From Wallemia ichthyophaga EXF-994 (lineage: Eukaryota; Fungi; Basidiomycota): 32,000 nucleotides of DNA. Both the position numbers and the translations under genes were made by a program. Under the pieces are notes generated by a model that was not told the origin of the DNA, ran no database searches, and was given only the letters and a program-made list of their open reading frames with translations. Location of the stretch: contig NW_008806280.1 of assembly GCF_000400465.1 (NCBI RefSeq), positions 420,001 through 452,000 of the forward strand, given 5' to 3'. Shown here piece by piece: positions 1 through 10,250 of the stretch (position 1 is the stretch's first letter; each line of letters begins with the position of its first letter).

Positions 1-1080
1 AGTTTGAGAAGAACGGGAATAATTTCCGGTAAAGCGCCCTTTGCGAAATTTTTCGATTCTCTTTCGACAGGTTCATCAAATTCGGCAGCCTCGTTGGCTT
101 CCAAAGCCAATTCGATCTCCTCATCGCAGACAGTAGACCAGAATTCGATAGCCTGGAGAGCGACGCCTTCTTCTGGGTTTTGCATTCCGAGGACTGTCAA
201 GCCAAAGAGAGCTCTCTCCATGTAGAAGCCCATTTTGGAGTAGTAAATGTTCATAATCTTAACGAGACACTTGAAGGCGCCGATCTGAACGTCTGTGGAA
301 GAGGACTGAGTAGCCTCGCAGACGACCTGCATAATGTAATTCCTCTCGCCCTCGCGCTCGAAGTTGTCTCTAACAAAGTCGAGTGAGTTGTTGAGGGCGT
401 TGATAGCAGCATTTTGAACGTCAGTGGAGGGTTCCTCTTTGCGAGCGCCCTGGACAACAGCTGTAAGGATTTCATTTGAGCGAGCAGCGAGAGTGTCAGC
501 AGGCTGAAGTGGAAGCGTAGTTAGCACATGTCATCACGTTCCAAAGACAAAACTCACAACCGACTCGCAGACAAAACCAATAGCAACGAGCGTAGTCATA
601 CGCTTAGCTTCATCGGAGGCGTCAGTGACATTGTTGAGCAGCGTCGGCACGAGCTCTGGCCACTGGTCGTGAGGCAGTTCAATCGCGGCGACAGCGCTGA
701 TGACTTGGGCAGCGGCAGCACCGATAGCTTTGGTGGAGAGAGCAGCGAGTACAATCTGCTTGATCTGGGCGCGGTGGGTGGAGTCGAGTGCGAGCCACCT
801 CTGCGACTGATGCAGGGCTCTCGACTGATCCCGCGCGACAAGCGAATTCTTAATAGCCAAACCAGAGGCCTGGCGGATAAACGGCTGCTGGGACTCGTTG
901 GCCAATTCATTCGAGAGCGTGTAGATGTACGAAGGGTAATCCTGGCTGGCTGCTTGTTCGAGCTGTTCCGAGGCTGTAGCCCGGGCTTGTTGCTCTAAAT
1001 AATATTTATTAGTCTGTTGCCCAGCCTATTTTCAACCCACCTGGCGAGAGAGATGCAGATAACAAAGATGCTACGTCCAT
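1..1080 (-). CDS. KAP95: Importin beta-1 / karyopherin beta (5' part only; gene runs off the left edge). Exons 1080-1041, 994-558, 503-<1
   Basis: Spliced translation MDVASLLSASLSPEQQARATASEQLEQAA...ELANESQQPFIRQASGLAIKN...IAAIELPHDQWPEL...GFVCESV|PADTLAARSNEILTAVVQGARKEEP...NFEREGERNYIMQVVCEATQ matches the importin-beta N-terminal domain and HEAT repeats. Introns 995-1040 (GTGGGT..TAG) and 504-557 (GTGAGT..CTAAC..CAG) keep the frame. Confidence 0.95.
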
Positions 1081-1376
1081 GCTTCGTTTCGTGGTCGTCG
1101 CTGTGAGAAGATCAAATTCGCGCGTTTTTTGGTGTGTGGCTGGGTAAAATTATCTTTGGATATAAATCACAGCGTGTGCTAATCGTAATATATTTGTGCT
1201 CCCTCCCATCCCGCTCACCGCTCAAATGTCAAAACTTGTGCTGAGTTTATATCTCTTTCGTGGAGACCGTCCGTAGAAAGAGATGAATGTGATATTCGTA
1301 TTCCCCGTTGTACGTTTCCCCTGGATCTCTAGTCTCTGCTTCTTCACCGCCGACTGCCATCTCCACCGCCATCTCT

Positions 1377-3101
1377 ATGTCGAAAGCCGTGCCCATACGC
1401 CCGCCAGACGCTGCGCCGTCACCAAGCACACCCACAACCCCCAAATCCCAAACCGCTGTCCCCATAAAAGCATCGACGCCAGCGTTTGTACCCTCAGCCG
1501 CGGCACTCGCAGCGACGCACACGACGCACACGACGCAATCCCCCACCAAGACAGCCAGTCCGTCGGGGTTTGCGGCTACAGCGCCAGTATTTATTCCCAA
1601 GACGAGTTCGCCGTACGACGAGCAAGGCGATGAGGAAGCGACAGCGCCAACAGGAGCGCAATGGGAATGGAGTGGCATGGACAGCGAGCTGAGCGGGATA
1701 TACGACAATTCTACCAGCTACCCACGCCACCCACTCCAGTACCATCTCTACGTCCCTCCACCGCCATACAAGCTAATCCACAATGTAAATCTCTCCCAAT
1801 TCTTCCTCCATCAGGACACACACAAGGCTATAACTGAAGCGCACGAGTCACAGCTACGTGCACCTCCACCTGGGCTGCGTCTGCCCGAGCGACTGCACGT
1901 CTACCGCGACCTCTATCCGCTAGACGAGGGTATCGGGCCAGGTGTAGGATTGGCGAGTTATCCGACGTACGTCTACCGCGCAACATCGGAGAGAGACGGT
2001 GCTCGTTACGCGCTGCGTCGCGTCGAAGGCTTTCGCCTCACATCGCAAGAGCCTTTGAGTGTAGTGGACAGATGGCGTCGATTGCGTCATCCCCATGTCG
2101 TTCCTCTCATAGAGGCATTTTCGACGCGCTCTTTCCACGACTCCTCCCTCATTCTCGTCCACGCTTACTACGCTAATGCCAAGACACTTGGCAGCATACA
2201 CCAGGCCAACGCACTCAACCCGCACCCGCCACCACTCGTGGAACACACGCTGTGGGTGTATCTCGTACAGATCGTGCAGGCAGTCATGCACATACATACA
2301 CAAGGACTAGCTGTGCGCTGTATCAACCCCTCACGCGTTCTCGTCACGGGTAAGAATCGTCTGCGGTTGAATTGTGTTGGTGCGATGGACGTCCTGCTGT
2401 ACGATGATTTCGCAAATGTTCATACTCACCAGCAGGAGGATCTTTCCGCCGTTGGTACCCTCCTCCTCACTCTCGCTCTGGGCAATTCGAGCACCGTCAC
2501 CGCTAACCCTACCAAGGCCATGGAGTTCTTTAGCAGACAGTACGGGCCTGATTTGCAGCGAATCGTGCTGTGGCTGCTGGGTAATAGATCACCACTCAAA
2601 ACTGCCCAGGAACTTTGGGGAATGGTGCTCAAAATTAAACCCGCTGTTGTCGCTGAGTTGCTCGATGCTAGCGTTAGCGCGGGCGATACCCTCACAGATG
2701 AACTCGCCAAGGAGGTGGAGAATGGCAGATTAGTTAGATTGTTGTGCAAATTCGGTTTTATCAACGAGAGAGCAGAGTGAGCTGAGAGTCTCGTATCAGG
2801 TTCTTTTCTAAACTAATCACTCTTAAGATTCGATCTCGACTCTCGATGGTCAGAGACTGGCGACAGGTATATCATCAAACTCTTTCGAGATTACGTCTTT
2901 CACCAGGTCGACGAACATGGGAAACCAGTCCTCGACATGTCGCATGTCCTCGTCTGTCTCAATAAATTAGATGCTGGCGTTGATGAAAGTCTGATGCTCA
3001 TCTCGCGCGACGAGCAGAGTTGTCTCGTTGTGTCTTACAAAGAGGTTAAACAGTGTATAGAATCTGCATTTGGGGATCTTAAGAGGGAAACCGGTGTGTA
3101 G
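1377..3101 (+). CDS. PAN3: PAN2-PAN3 deadenylase subunit Pan3 (pseudokinase plus C-terminal knob), ~557 aa. Exons 1377-2776, 2828-3101; true start could lie further upstream
   Basis: Contains YKAT-like [50 protein letters not shown]-like [20 protein letters not shown] and, after intron 2777-2827 (GTGAGC..CTAAT..AAG), [25 protein letters not shown]...LNKLDAG, all Pan3 hallmarks. Confidence 0.95.
1513..1537 (+). repeat. 9-bp coding tandem repeat (CGACGCACA x ~2.7) encoding THTTHTTQ in the Pan3 low-complexity N-terminus
   Basis: Read directly: cgacgcaca cgacgcaca cgacgca. Confidence 0.8.
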
Positions 3102-3142
3102 CCATAGCAAAAAAGTATAATTCATATTACAAATCAAAATAT

Positions 3143-3845
3143 TTAAGCAGCCTCGTCGAAACGCTTGCCAGCTTCTTGCATATCCATCACATTCCAGATA
3201 GCGTTGAGGTAGTCTGGCTTAACGTTCTTGTATTGGAGGTAGAAGGCATGTTCCCAGATATCAATTCCGACAATTGGGGTGAGGTGAGTGAGTGGGTCCT
3301 GGTTAGCGGTAGTAGCGACTTCAAGACGCTTGGCCTCCTTGTTGTAGCCGAGCCATCCCCAGCCGGAGCCCTGGATAGCAGCGGTAGCCGCGTTTACTTT
3401 GCCTTTAAGGGCGTCGAAGCTGCCGAAGTCCTTGTTGATCTGCTCAGCTAAGCCACCTGATGGAGCAGTTCTGCCGCTGTCTGGAGTGAGGTTCTTCCAG
3501 AAGAGTGAGTGGTTGATATGTCCACCGCCGTTGAATTTGAGTGCTGGTTGGAGTGCAATCAACGTCTTGATGTCGTTTGCGTTTTGTGCCTTGACGTATG
3601 ACTCTTCAGCTGCGTTAAGTCCGTTTACGTAAGTAGCGTGGTGCTTTGAGTGGTGGGTAGTCATCTGATATGTGTTAGAAAACTCCTTGTGGCAAGCGAC
3701 CTGGACTCACTATGTCAGAGCTGATGTGTGGCTCCAATGCGTCGTAAGCATATGGGAGTGGAGGGAGTGTGTGCTTCAAACGCAAAGCAGTGGTTGCGAA
3801 AGAGCGCGATTGTTGTGGGAGTTGCTTGAATGCGTTGGCGAACAT
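3143..3845 (-). CDS. SOD2: Mitochondrial Mn superoxide dismutase, 218 aa. Exons 3845-3711, 3664-3143
   Basis: Presequence-like [22 protein letters not shown] followed by [19 protein letters not shown], metal ligands in HHSKHH, GHINH and [11 protein letters not shown], and the QGSGWGWL motif. Intron 3665-3710 (GTGAGT..CTAAC..CAG). Confidence 0.97.
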
Positions 3846-3880
3846 GATGGTATAAAAAAGGAAGTTCATGTGGATTACAC

Positions 3881-3888
3881 TGACGTAA
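3881..3888. promoter_or_regulatory. CRE/ATF-type bZIP site TGACGTAA 36-43 bp upstream of the SOD2 ATG
   Basis: Exact TGACGTMA consensus match in the 74-bp gap between the HAD stop and SOD2 start. Function is inferred. Confidence 0.5.
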
Positions 3889-3919
3889 GCCAACCTGAAA
3901 ATTCGACCAATCTGGTGAA

Positions 3920-4684
3920 TCAAATTAATGAATTTACAAAGTGAGCAAAAGAATCATGTAGAGAGTGCAAGTTATTCACTTTTCTTTCGTCACCCTCCCT
4001 GTATTTGCCTGTCTTTACTAAAATTTTCGCTAGAGGTAAATCTGTGCCCAGATCAGACAAAGCGTCATCGCCAACTATAGCAACATCTTTGTAGTCTTGC
4101 TGATTTATACCAAGCTGATCTAAAGCGGTTATGAAGAAAGACGAGCTGGGTTTCCCGCAGATGAGGGGAGATTTTCCGGATGCAGACTGTAAAGCATGTA
4201 TGAAGGGGCCAGGACCTAGGCTAAGTTGGTCATCTTTGTCTTGGAAGTATAAAGAGGAGTGTGTTGCAATGAGCTGTGATTGAGGAATGTCTTTGAGAAT
4301 TCTGAAGGCGACGTTCAATGAGTGGTAGTCGAACTTATCAGGAGCCAAACCGACGACTACAGAGTCTAACGGCTTTGTAGAGTCAACAAGGCCTTCAAAG
4401 TCTTTAGAAGCAGATTGAGTGAGTAGGAGAAGTGGGTTGAGATTGTTATCGCGGATATGCTGGCTACAGGATGATAAAGGAGTTATGAGGTCGGATAGAG
4501 AGATATCCAAGCCTAGCTTTGTTGTCAAATCAAAGTGTGCATCACTGTGGCTCTGTTTTGAGGCATTTGAGAGCAGCTTGTGTGGTATACTCAGTCTAGA
4601 TAGAGCAGCTACTACTGAGCGTTGAGTTTGATTATCGTTTACTATAAGGGTACCAGAAATATCAATTAGAACTGCTTTGAACAT
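3920..4684 (-). CDS. HAD-superfamily subfamily IIA hydrolase, HDHD2/LHPP-like, 254 aa, intronless
   Basis: Motif I VLIDISGTL, SNAS motif II, cap region DSVVVGLAPDKFDYHSLNVAF, LSLGPGPFIHAL, motif III/IV GKPS...VAIVGDDALSDLG and C-terminal LVKTGKYR. Confidence 0.9.
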   Translation of the reverse strand: MFKAVLIDISGTLIVNDNQTQRSVVAALSRLSIPHKLLSNASKQSHSDAHFDLTTKLGLDISLSDLITPLSSCSQHIRDNNLNPLLLLTQSASKDFEGLVDSTKPLDSVVVGLAPDKFDYHSLNVAFRILKDIPQSQLIATHSSLYFQDKDDQLSLGPGPFIHALQSASGKSPLICGKPSSSFFITALDQLGINQQDYKDVAIVGDDALSDLGTDLPLAKILVKTGKYREGDERKVNNLHSLHDSFAHFVNSLI

Positions 4685-4769
4685 AGTTTACTATTAATTT
4701 ATCTAGTGACTAGTAATTTACTAAATGAATGTTGAAATACAATAGGGTTGCACTTAAACCACCATACAA

Positions 4770-6361
4770 ATGTCAAAACCCTATACAGATTACAAGCTAA
4801 TATCGAATAATTCAAATGGATTCAAATACAACGTTATGAAATTGAATAGCAATAAGCAAGTGGATCTGTCAACCCTCCCACAGCCACTCAAGCTTAACAG
4901 AAAAGATCCAAATCATTTACTCACTCCAGTTCCAAAGAGGGACGAATCTGGTAAAATAGAGTTGGATGACAATCATAATCCCATTCTAATCGATCCAATA
5001 ACAAAGCAAGATATTCCACCTATACAGCAACCTTCCAAGCACTTTAAGAAGAAGACAAAGCAGGTTTTCATGGCAGATGAATCCACCATTGAGTTGAGAA
5101 AGTCGGAGAGATTGCCTTGGATTATGGAATCTGGCGACTCTATCTGGCAAGGTCAGTTGGATGGAAAACCACAGGATCAGTCTTACGTGATGCTCATTTT
5201 CAATAAAAATCATGATTTCAAGGTTGAGCCGACTAATAAAATCTACAAATTCAATCCACAACCAAATTATAACACGCTATCAATTGATGAGGCTGATCAG
5301 ATATATAGTAAAGGTGTTGATAATCCTTGGTTTATGAGAAATAAAGCTAGTAATGACGGTGGTAGTGTTAATGACGGTGCTGTTGATAATAACAATCCAT
5401 CTACCTCCCATCAACGTCTACAATCTATTCTTAATCACGCCCCAGACTCCTCAAAACCCTCCACTCAAAAACGCATGCAAGTCGATAGAGGTGAAGTTAA
5501 AGATGAGACCGTAGACGCCCTATTCGATGAAATGGAGTTTGACGAAGAATTCCAAGATGACGACGAACACGTCATTCAAGATAACCAAGATGACGACCAG
5601 CTTAAAGAACTCGAAGATAAGATTAAGAAGGAGATGCACCAGGCTAACATTGGTCACGTCGAACAAACTAGCAATCTCGATGATGTTGAAGAAGATATTA
5701 AGCCGTTCCAGAAATCCCACACGGAGAAGGAAATGAAGAGGTTTTTGCGTCGACATGACAAGTCTAACGCAGAGGCTTACGATTCTGACAATAGTGATGT
5801 GAGTTGGGTGTATAAAATGTACTGAGGAGATTCCCAACTAACCACACAACGCAGGACGACCAAGAAGAAGAAGAGCAACGCAAGAAGGAGCAAGAAGAGC
5901 AGGAGAAACGTCAGCTCGACGCACAAGAAAACGACAAGGCAACATCGCTGACAAAATCAATAAAGAAAGAACACACACCTGCATCACTTGCAGCCCAACA
6001 AGTTGCACGCAGGGCCACATCACCATACAACAAACAACGCTCTTCTTCACCTTCCTCCAAACGTAGTAGAACGGATATCGACGATCGGCACGACAGTAAG
6101 AAGATTAAAGTCAAGAGGGAGAGTATGTCACCATCAGCCTCCCCTTCCACACCACCCAGCTCGGCAGATCTGCAGCTATTGCAAGAGGATGAAATTATCG
6201 CGTTCCTTAGAGGAAAGTCTCTCACTACTAGCGACCTTATCCAGCATTTCAAAAAGAGATTTAAAGCTCAGCCTAGGAATAGAGAAGTTATTGGTAGTGT
6301 ACTTAAAAAGGTCGCTAGCAGAACTAACGATGGCAAGCTCCAGCTCAAGGAGGGTCTTTAG
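4770..6361 (+). CDS. TFG1: Transcription factor TFIIF large subunit (Tfg1/RAP74), ~511 aa. Exons 4770-5798, 5855-6361
   Basis: N-terminal YNVMKL..PLKLNRKDP..KKKTKQVF..ERLPWIMES..WQGQLDG..FKFNP..TLSIDEA dimerisation region, acidic middle, C-terminal winged helix (EDEIIAFLRGKSLTTSDLIQHFKKR...ILKKVA-like VLKKVA). Intron 5799-5854 (GTGAGT..CTAAC..CAG). Confidence 0.85.
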
Positions 6362-6875
6362 TGAGGTGTTGTACAACATTTATGACTTGTATTTATCAAT
6401 CAATGCTGCTATTATGATAAATTGTCCATGCTGCTGATTGGGCACTCGCGAGCTAGAGAATCTCCAGTGTTCGCGGCTAGTCCACCATCTGTCATTTGCT
6501 GCCGAAGGGAGAAGATGACGACATTCGCTATCTATTCGAATATGTTTAACAGAAGTAAAAAGGGTATTGAGAATAAAGGCATCGACAAAAAATAATTGAA
6601 CAGCCCTCCTACTGCGACAGAAGATTTGCAACAGCCCAAGAATCATAAAACCCACACGCTAACCAAGAGAAGCATACGTACGAATGCAGCGATAAATTTG
6701 GATCGATTCAAGCAAAAAAGCCCCCGTTGAACACTATCGAAGGTCATCGTAGGCAGATCTAACCCCAACGCAGATTTGATACTAACGTCATCGGTGGGTC
6801 GCTCCAAGACTCGCTTAAGAGGAGTACCTTGACACCACTTCTTCTTCTCTTACACACAAAACACTTAATTCAAAT

Positions 6876-7073
6876 ATGAGCGGTCCACAACAAGCAACTT
6901 TCGGCGGTAAAGACCCAAAGGCCCAAAACGAGGTTGAGAAGCAGGCTCAAGACATCCAGCGCCAACAAGAGACCAACAAGGGTGGTGCTGCTGGCCGTGA
7001 AGGTGTTGCTTCTACCAACCCAGCCGACTACGACTCTAGAGGTGGCGCCGGCGGTGGTTCAATGAACGGTTAG
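6876..7073 (+). CDS. Uncharacterised 65-aa hydrophilic Gly/Gln-rich microprotein (hydrophilin/stress-protein-like)
   Basis: Intronless ORF with good ATG context (AAATATG), pyrimidine/CA-rich leader and codons typical of highly expressed fungal genes (GGT, GCT, AAG, AAC). Almost no hydrophobic residues; no family recognised. Confidence 0.7.
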   Translation: MSGPQQATFGGKDPKAQNEVEKQAQDIQRQQETNKGGAAGREGVASTNPADYDSRGGAGGGSMNG

Positions 7074-7546
7074 TTGTGTGTTGTAGTCTATTGTCCCTCC
7101 TAACGCCACGAAAGACCCAAAGATGTAAATTGCTAGGATTTAAACACTGTACTGTTGTCACGATATAAACGTTACGTCGCATTAATAATTCGAATTTCCT
7201 CGATGATCTTGTGTTTTCCCTTGTATTGTGCTTTCTTGTGCTTGACTAAAGTAATTGATAGTGCAGTTCGCACTCAGATTATACCAGCAAACGCGCCCTT
7301 TTTCGAACCATTTACCTTCTCTGCCCCGACACCCCCACCCACTCCGTCTTCTCTCTTCAGATTTGAAGATCTGCTGATCAGTACAAGTGCAAATGTGAGG
7401 CTAATATTGCGCTATCGCTACTACCACGCAAATACCTCCATCTTATTTTATTTTCTTATTTGTCTGCTTAGAAATCATCTGCATACGTCAATATAAGCCT
7501 ATTCGTGCTATCCGGTCTGGCTTCAAACAATCATCATTTACACATA

Positions 7547-8472
7547 ATGAGCCTGCCAAACGTATTCTTTATTACTGGAACTTCAACTGGCTTCGGTAGA
7601 GAGCTCGTTCTTCAGCTTAATGCTAGAAAAGAGAAGGTAATTGCCACAGCCAGAAATACCGATAAGATCAAGGACTTTGAGCAACTTGAGCATGTCTCAA
7701 TCATGAAGCTCGATTTGAACAGCAACGAGGAGGAAATCATCAGCGTCGTACGTGACGCCCTTAAGATCCATGGCCACGTAACCCACCTCGTCAACAACGC
7801 TGCATACTCTGTAGCTGGATGTGTAGAGGAAGTACCTCTCGCGCAATCCAAGAAGCAATTTGACGCTAACTACTGGGGTACAATTGCCCTTACGAATGCA
7901 TTCCTCCCTCACTTCCGCGGCCGCACAAGTGGCGAGAAGTTCATCGCCACCATTTCCTCACTTGTCGGTATTACAACCATGCCTTTCGTCAGCTACTACT
8001 GCGCTTCCAAGTTTGCTATCGAGGCTTCATTCGAGGCACTCAAGCTTGAGACTGCTCACTTGGGCATTAAAGTGTTGTTGATCGAACCAGGGTAAGAATA
8101 CTGTTAATGATGGTGTTTTCCCACTAACCCTCTACTTGTAGTTACTTCCGTACTAGCTTCCTTCAAGAGGGTAGCAACATCCAGCCTCCTCAAAACCCGA
8201 TCTCCGACTACGCGCCAATTAGTGGTGCAATGGAACGCGTGTTCAAGCAGCAGAATGGTGCTCAGCTCGGTGATCCTGCCGTTGGTAGCGAGAGAATCAT
8301 AGAGCTCTTGACCAACACGGGTCTCGTCAAGCAGATCAGCAACGGCGAGATCCCTACCAGAGTCGCATTGGGCTCTGACAGCTACGAAGGCATCGTCAAG
8401 AAGGGCCAAGATCTTATCGACAACGCCAACAAGTGGAAGGAGTTTTCACTTTCGACCGACTTCAAAAACTAA
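7547..8472 (+). CDS. Classical short-chain dehydrogenase/reductase, copy 1, 291 aa. Exons 7547-8091, 8142-8472
   Basis: TGTSTGFG (TGxxxGxG), VNNAAY, catalytic SS and YCASK (YxxxK), IEPGYFRT. Intron 8092-8141 (GTAAGA..CTAAC..TAG). Confidence 0.93.
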
Positions 8473-8625
8473 TGCATTGTTGTAACGACAGATTATTTAC
8501 GTTTGAAATTGCGCATTCAATTGGTTTACCTTTCCTTGTGAAGACGTCGCTCATCTCGCGCTTTGGAAGCTGTGTCTCAAGATATTCAATACGTTCGATG
8601 CGTATAAACCGTTATACGTTGGCTG
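8433..8625 (+). repeat. High-identity direct repeat with ~11185-11377, covering the SDR stop codon and ~150 bp of 3' non-coding DNA
   Basis: Shared gtggaaggagttttcactttcgaccgacttcaaaaactaatgcattgttgtaacgaca...ccgttatacgttg at offset 2752 with scattered substitutions. Confidence 0.9.
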
Positions 8626-8733
8626 CCGGGATATGTTGATGCTGTTTCTATTATAAACTTTATTGAAGTTACGTCATCTTGTGAGAACGCCATTCATCCA
8701 TTTCATTTAATCAATGTCTTTCTTCAAACCATA

Positions 8734-8986
8734 ATGAGCCTACCAAACGTATTCTTCATTACGGGAACAGCAACTGGCTTCGGTCGAGAGCTTGTCCTCC
8801 AACTCAATGCGCTGAAACAGAAGGTTATAGCAACGGATCGAACGATTGATGGAATAAAAGACTATGAGCAACTCGAGCATGTCTCAATAATGAAACTCGA
8901 TTTGAACAGCGACGAAGAAGAAATAGCTGGTATAGTGCGCGATGCTATCAAGATACACGGCCACGTTACGCATCTCATCAACAACG
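8734..8986 (+). repeat. Near-identical direct repeat (253 bp, 2 mismatches by eye) with 10251-10503
   Basis: Base-by-base comparison at offset 1517; identity ends abruptly after ATCAACAACG. Confidence 0.9.
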
Positions 8987-9712
8987 CCGCTTACTCAGTA
9001 ACTGGATGCGTCGAGGAAGTCCCACTATCTATAGCACAACGTGAATTCAACGTCAATTACTGGGGTACAATTAAAGTAACCAACTCATTCCTTCCTCACT
9101 TCCGCGGACGCACGAGTGGAGAAAAATTCATATTGACGGTCTCCTCGATAGTCGGCATCAACGTATGGCCATATTTCAGCTACTACGCTGCTTCCAAGTA
9201 CGCGATTGAGGCATCGTTTGAAGCACTCAAGATGGAGACTCAGCACCTTGGCATCAAGGTGTTGATGGTCGAACCAGGGTGAGCTACTGCGAAGATAGTA
9301 ATGACCACTGAAAATTTACAATATTCAGCTACTTCCGTACCAGCTTTCTCAAAGAGGTGAGTTTCCTTTTATCGCATCTCGTTACGTCATTTGCTGATGA
9401 AAACATCAGGGAAGCAACGTACAGCCACCTGGGAACCCAATTGCGGACTACGAGCCCATCAGAGGATCTATGGGTAAGGAGTTAAAAGAGCAGAATGGTG
9501 CTCAAATCGGCGATCCTAAAGCTGGATGCGAAAGGATCATCGAGCTGTTGATGCACACCGGCCTTGCAAAGCAGATAAGTAACGGTGAAATACCCACTAG
9601 AGTCGCATTGGGATCTGACAGCTACGAGGGCATTATAAAGAAAGGTCAAGATCTTATTGATAACGCCAACAAGTGGAAACAGTTTTCAGTGTCTACTGAC
9701 TATAAGAATTGA
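8734..9712 (+). CDS. Classical SDR, copy 2, 291 aa. Exons 8734-9278, 9329-9356, 9410-9712
   Basis: TGTATGFG, INNAAY, YAASK, VEPGYFRT. Introns 9279-9328 and 9357-9409 give the same 876-nt CDS length as copy 1. Confidence 0.93.
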
Positions 9713-10250
9713 TGATAGCAACAACAGCTCAATGAAGTTTTTGTGAATTCCGTTTGCTTGTCCTGGTGTGTGTCTCGATGACGATGCTCTGTGACTTTCG
9801 AAGAACAAATCCCAGTAAGTATTCTAGGGTCGCATCTCAGCTTAACAGCCAAATAGACTGCTCAAGCCCATCCCATTCAGTGATATTTTACATGCGATAC
9901 TCAGATACCCATTCGAGATCGGTAGCAATTGATTTCCTCTTTTGGTAACTTGAGCAACGCAGAACGAATTATGAGACCAAGTGCATAAAAAAACTGTTCG
10001 CCGATGGACGGGACATCGTGCCTTAATACATAATTGACTCCGCTGCTTGAAGCCAAGCGAATATACCCAGCATGTCAGTCGAAGATTTCTTGAATGAATC
10101 ACAAGCAAGATCAAGACATTACGTAATTGCATATAAACTTCGATCATTAAAATTCATTTGTGCCTCCACCTCAATGTGACTTTATGAGACACATGTAGCC
10201 TATCCAGTTTAGCATCAGACGATCATCACGTACCACACTAAATATCAAAT

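Noticed and set aside
528-998. Antisense and alternate-frame ORFs over KAP95, PAN3, dynein and BLM10
   Set aside because: Shadow ORFs of well-supported genes with no independent motifs.
6380-6655. 91-aa minus-strand ORF after TFG1
   Set aside because: No recognisable motif; lies in the TFG1 3' flank; likely spurious.
7296-7345. GGTTCGAA T-loop-like motif and a G-rich tract on the minus strand (tRNA or G-quadruplex)
   Set aside because: No acceptor, D or anticodon stems can be formed; the G-tract has only three runs of 3 or more G and no supporting context.
7155-7496. 113-aa ORF upstream of SDR copy 1
   Set aside because: Composition follows T-rich and C-rich promoter DNA; no domain or splice support.
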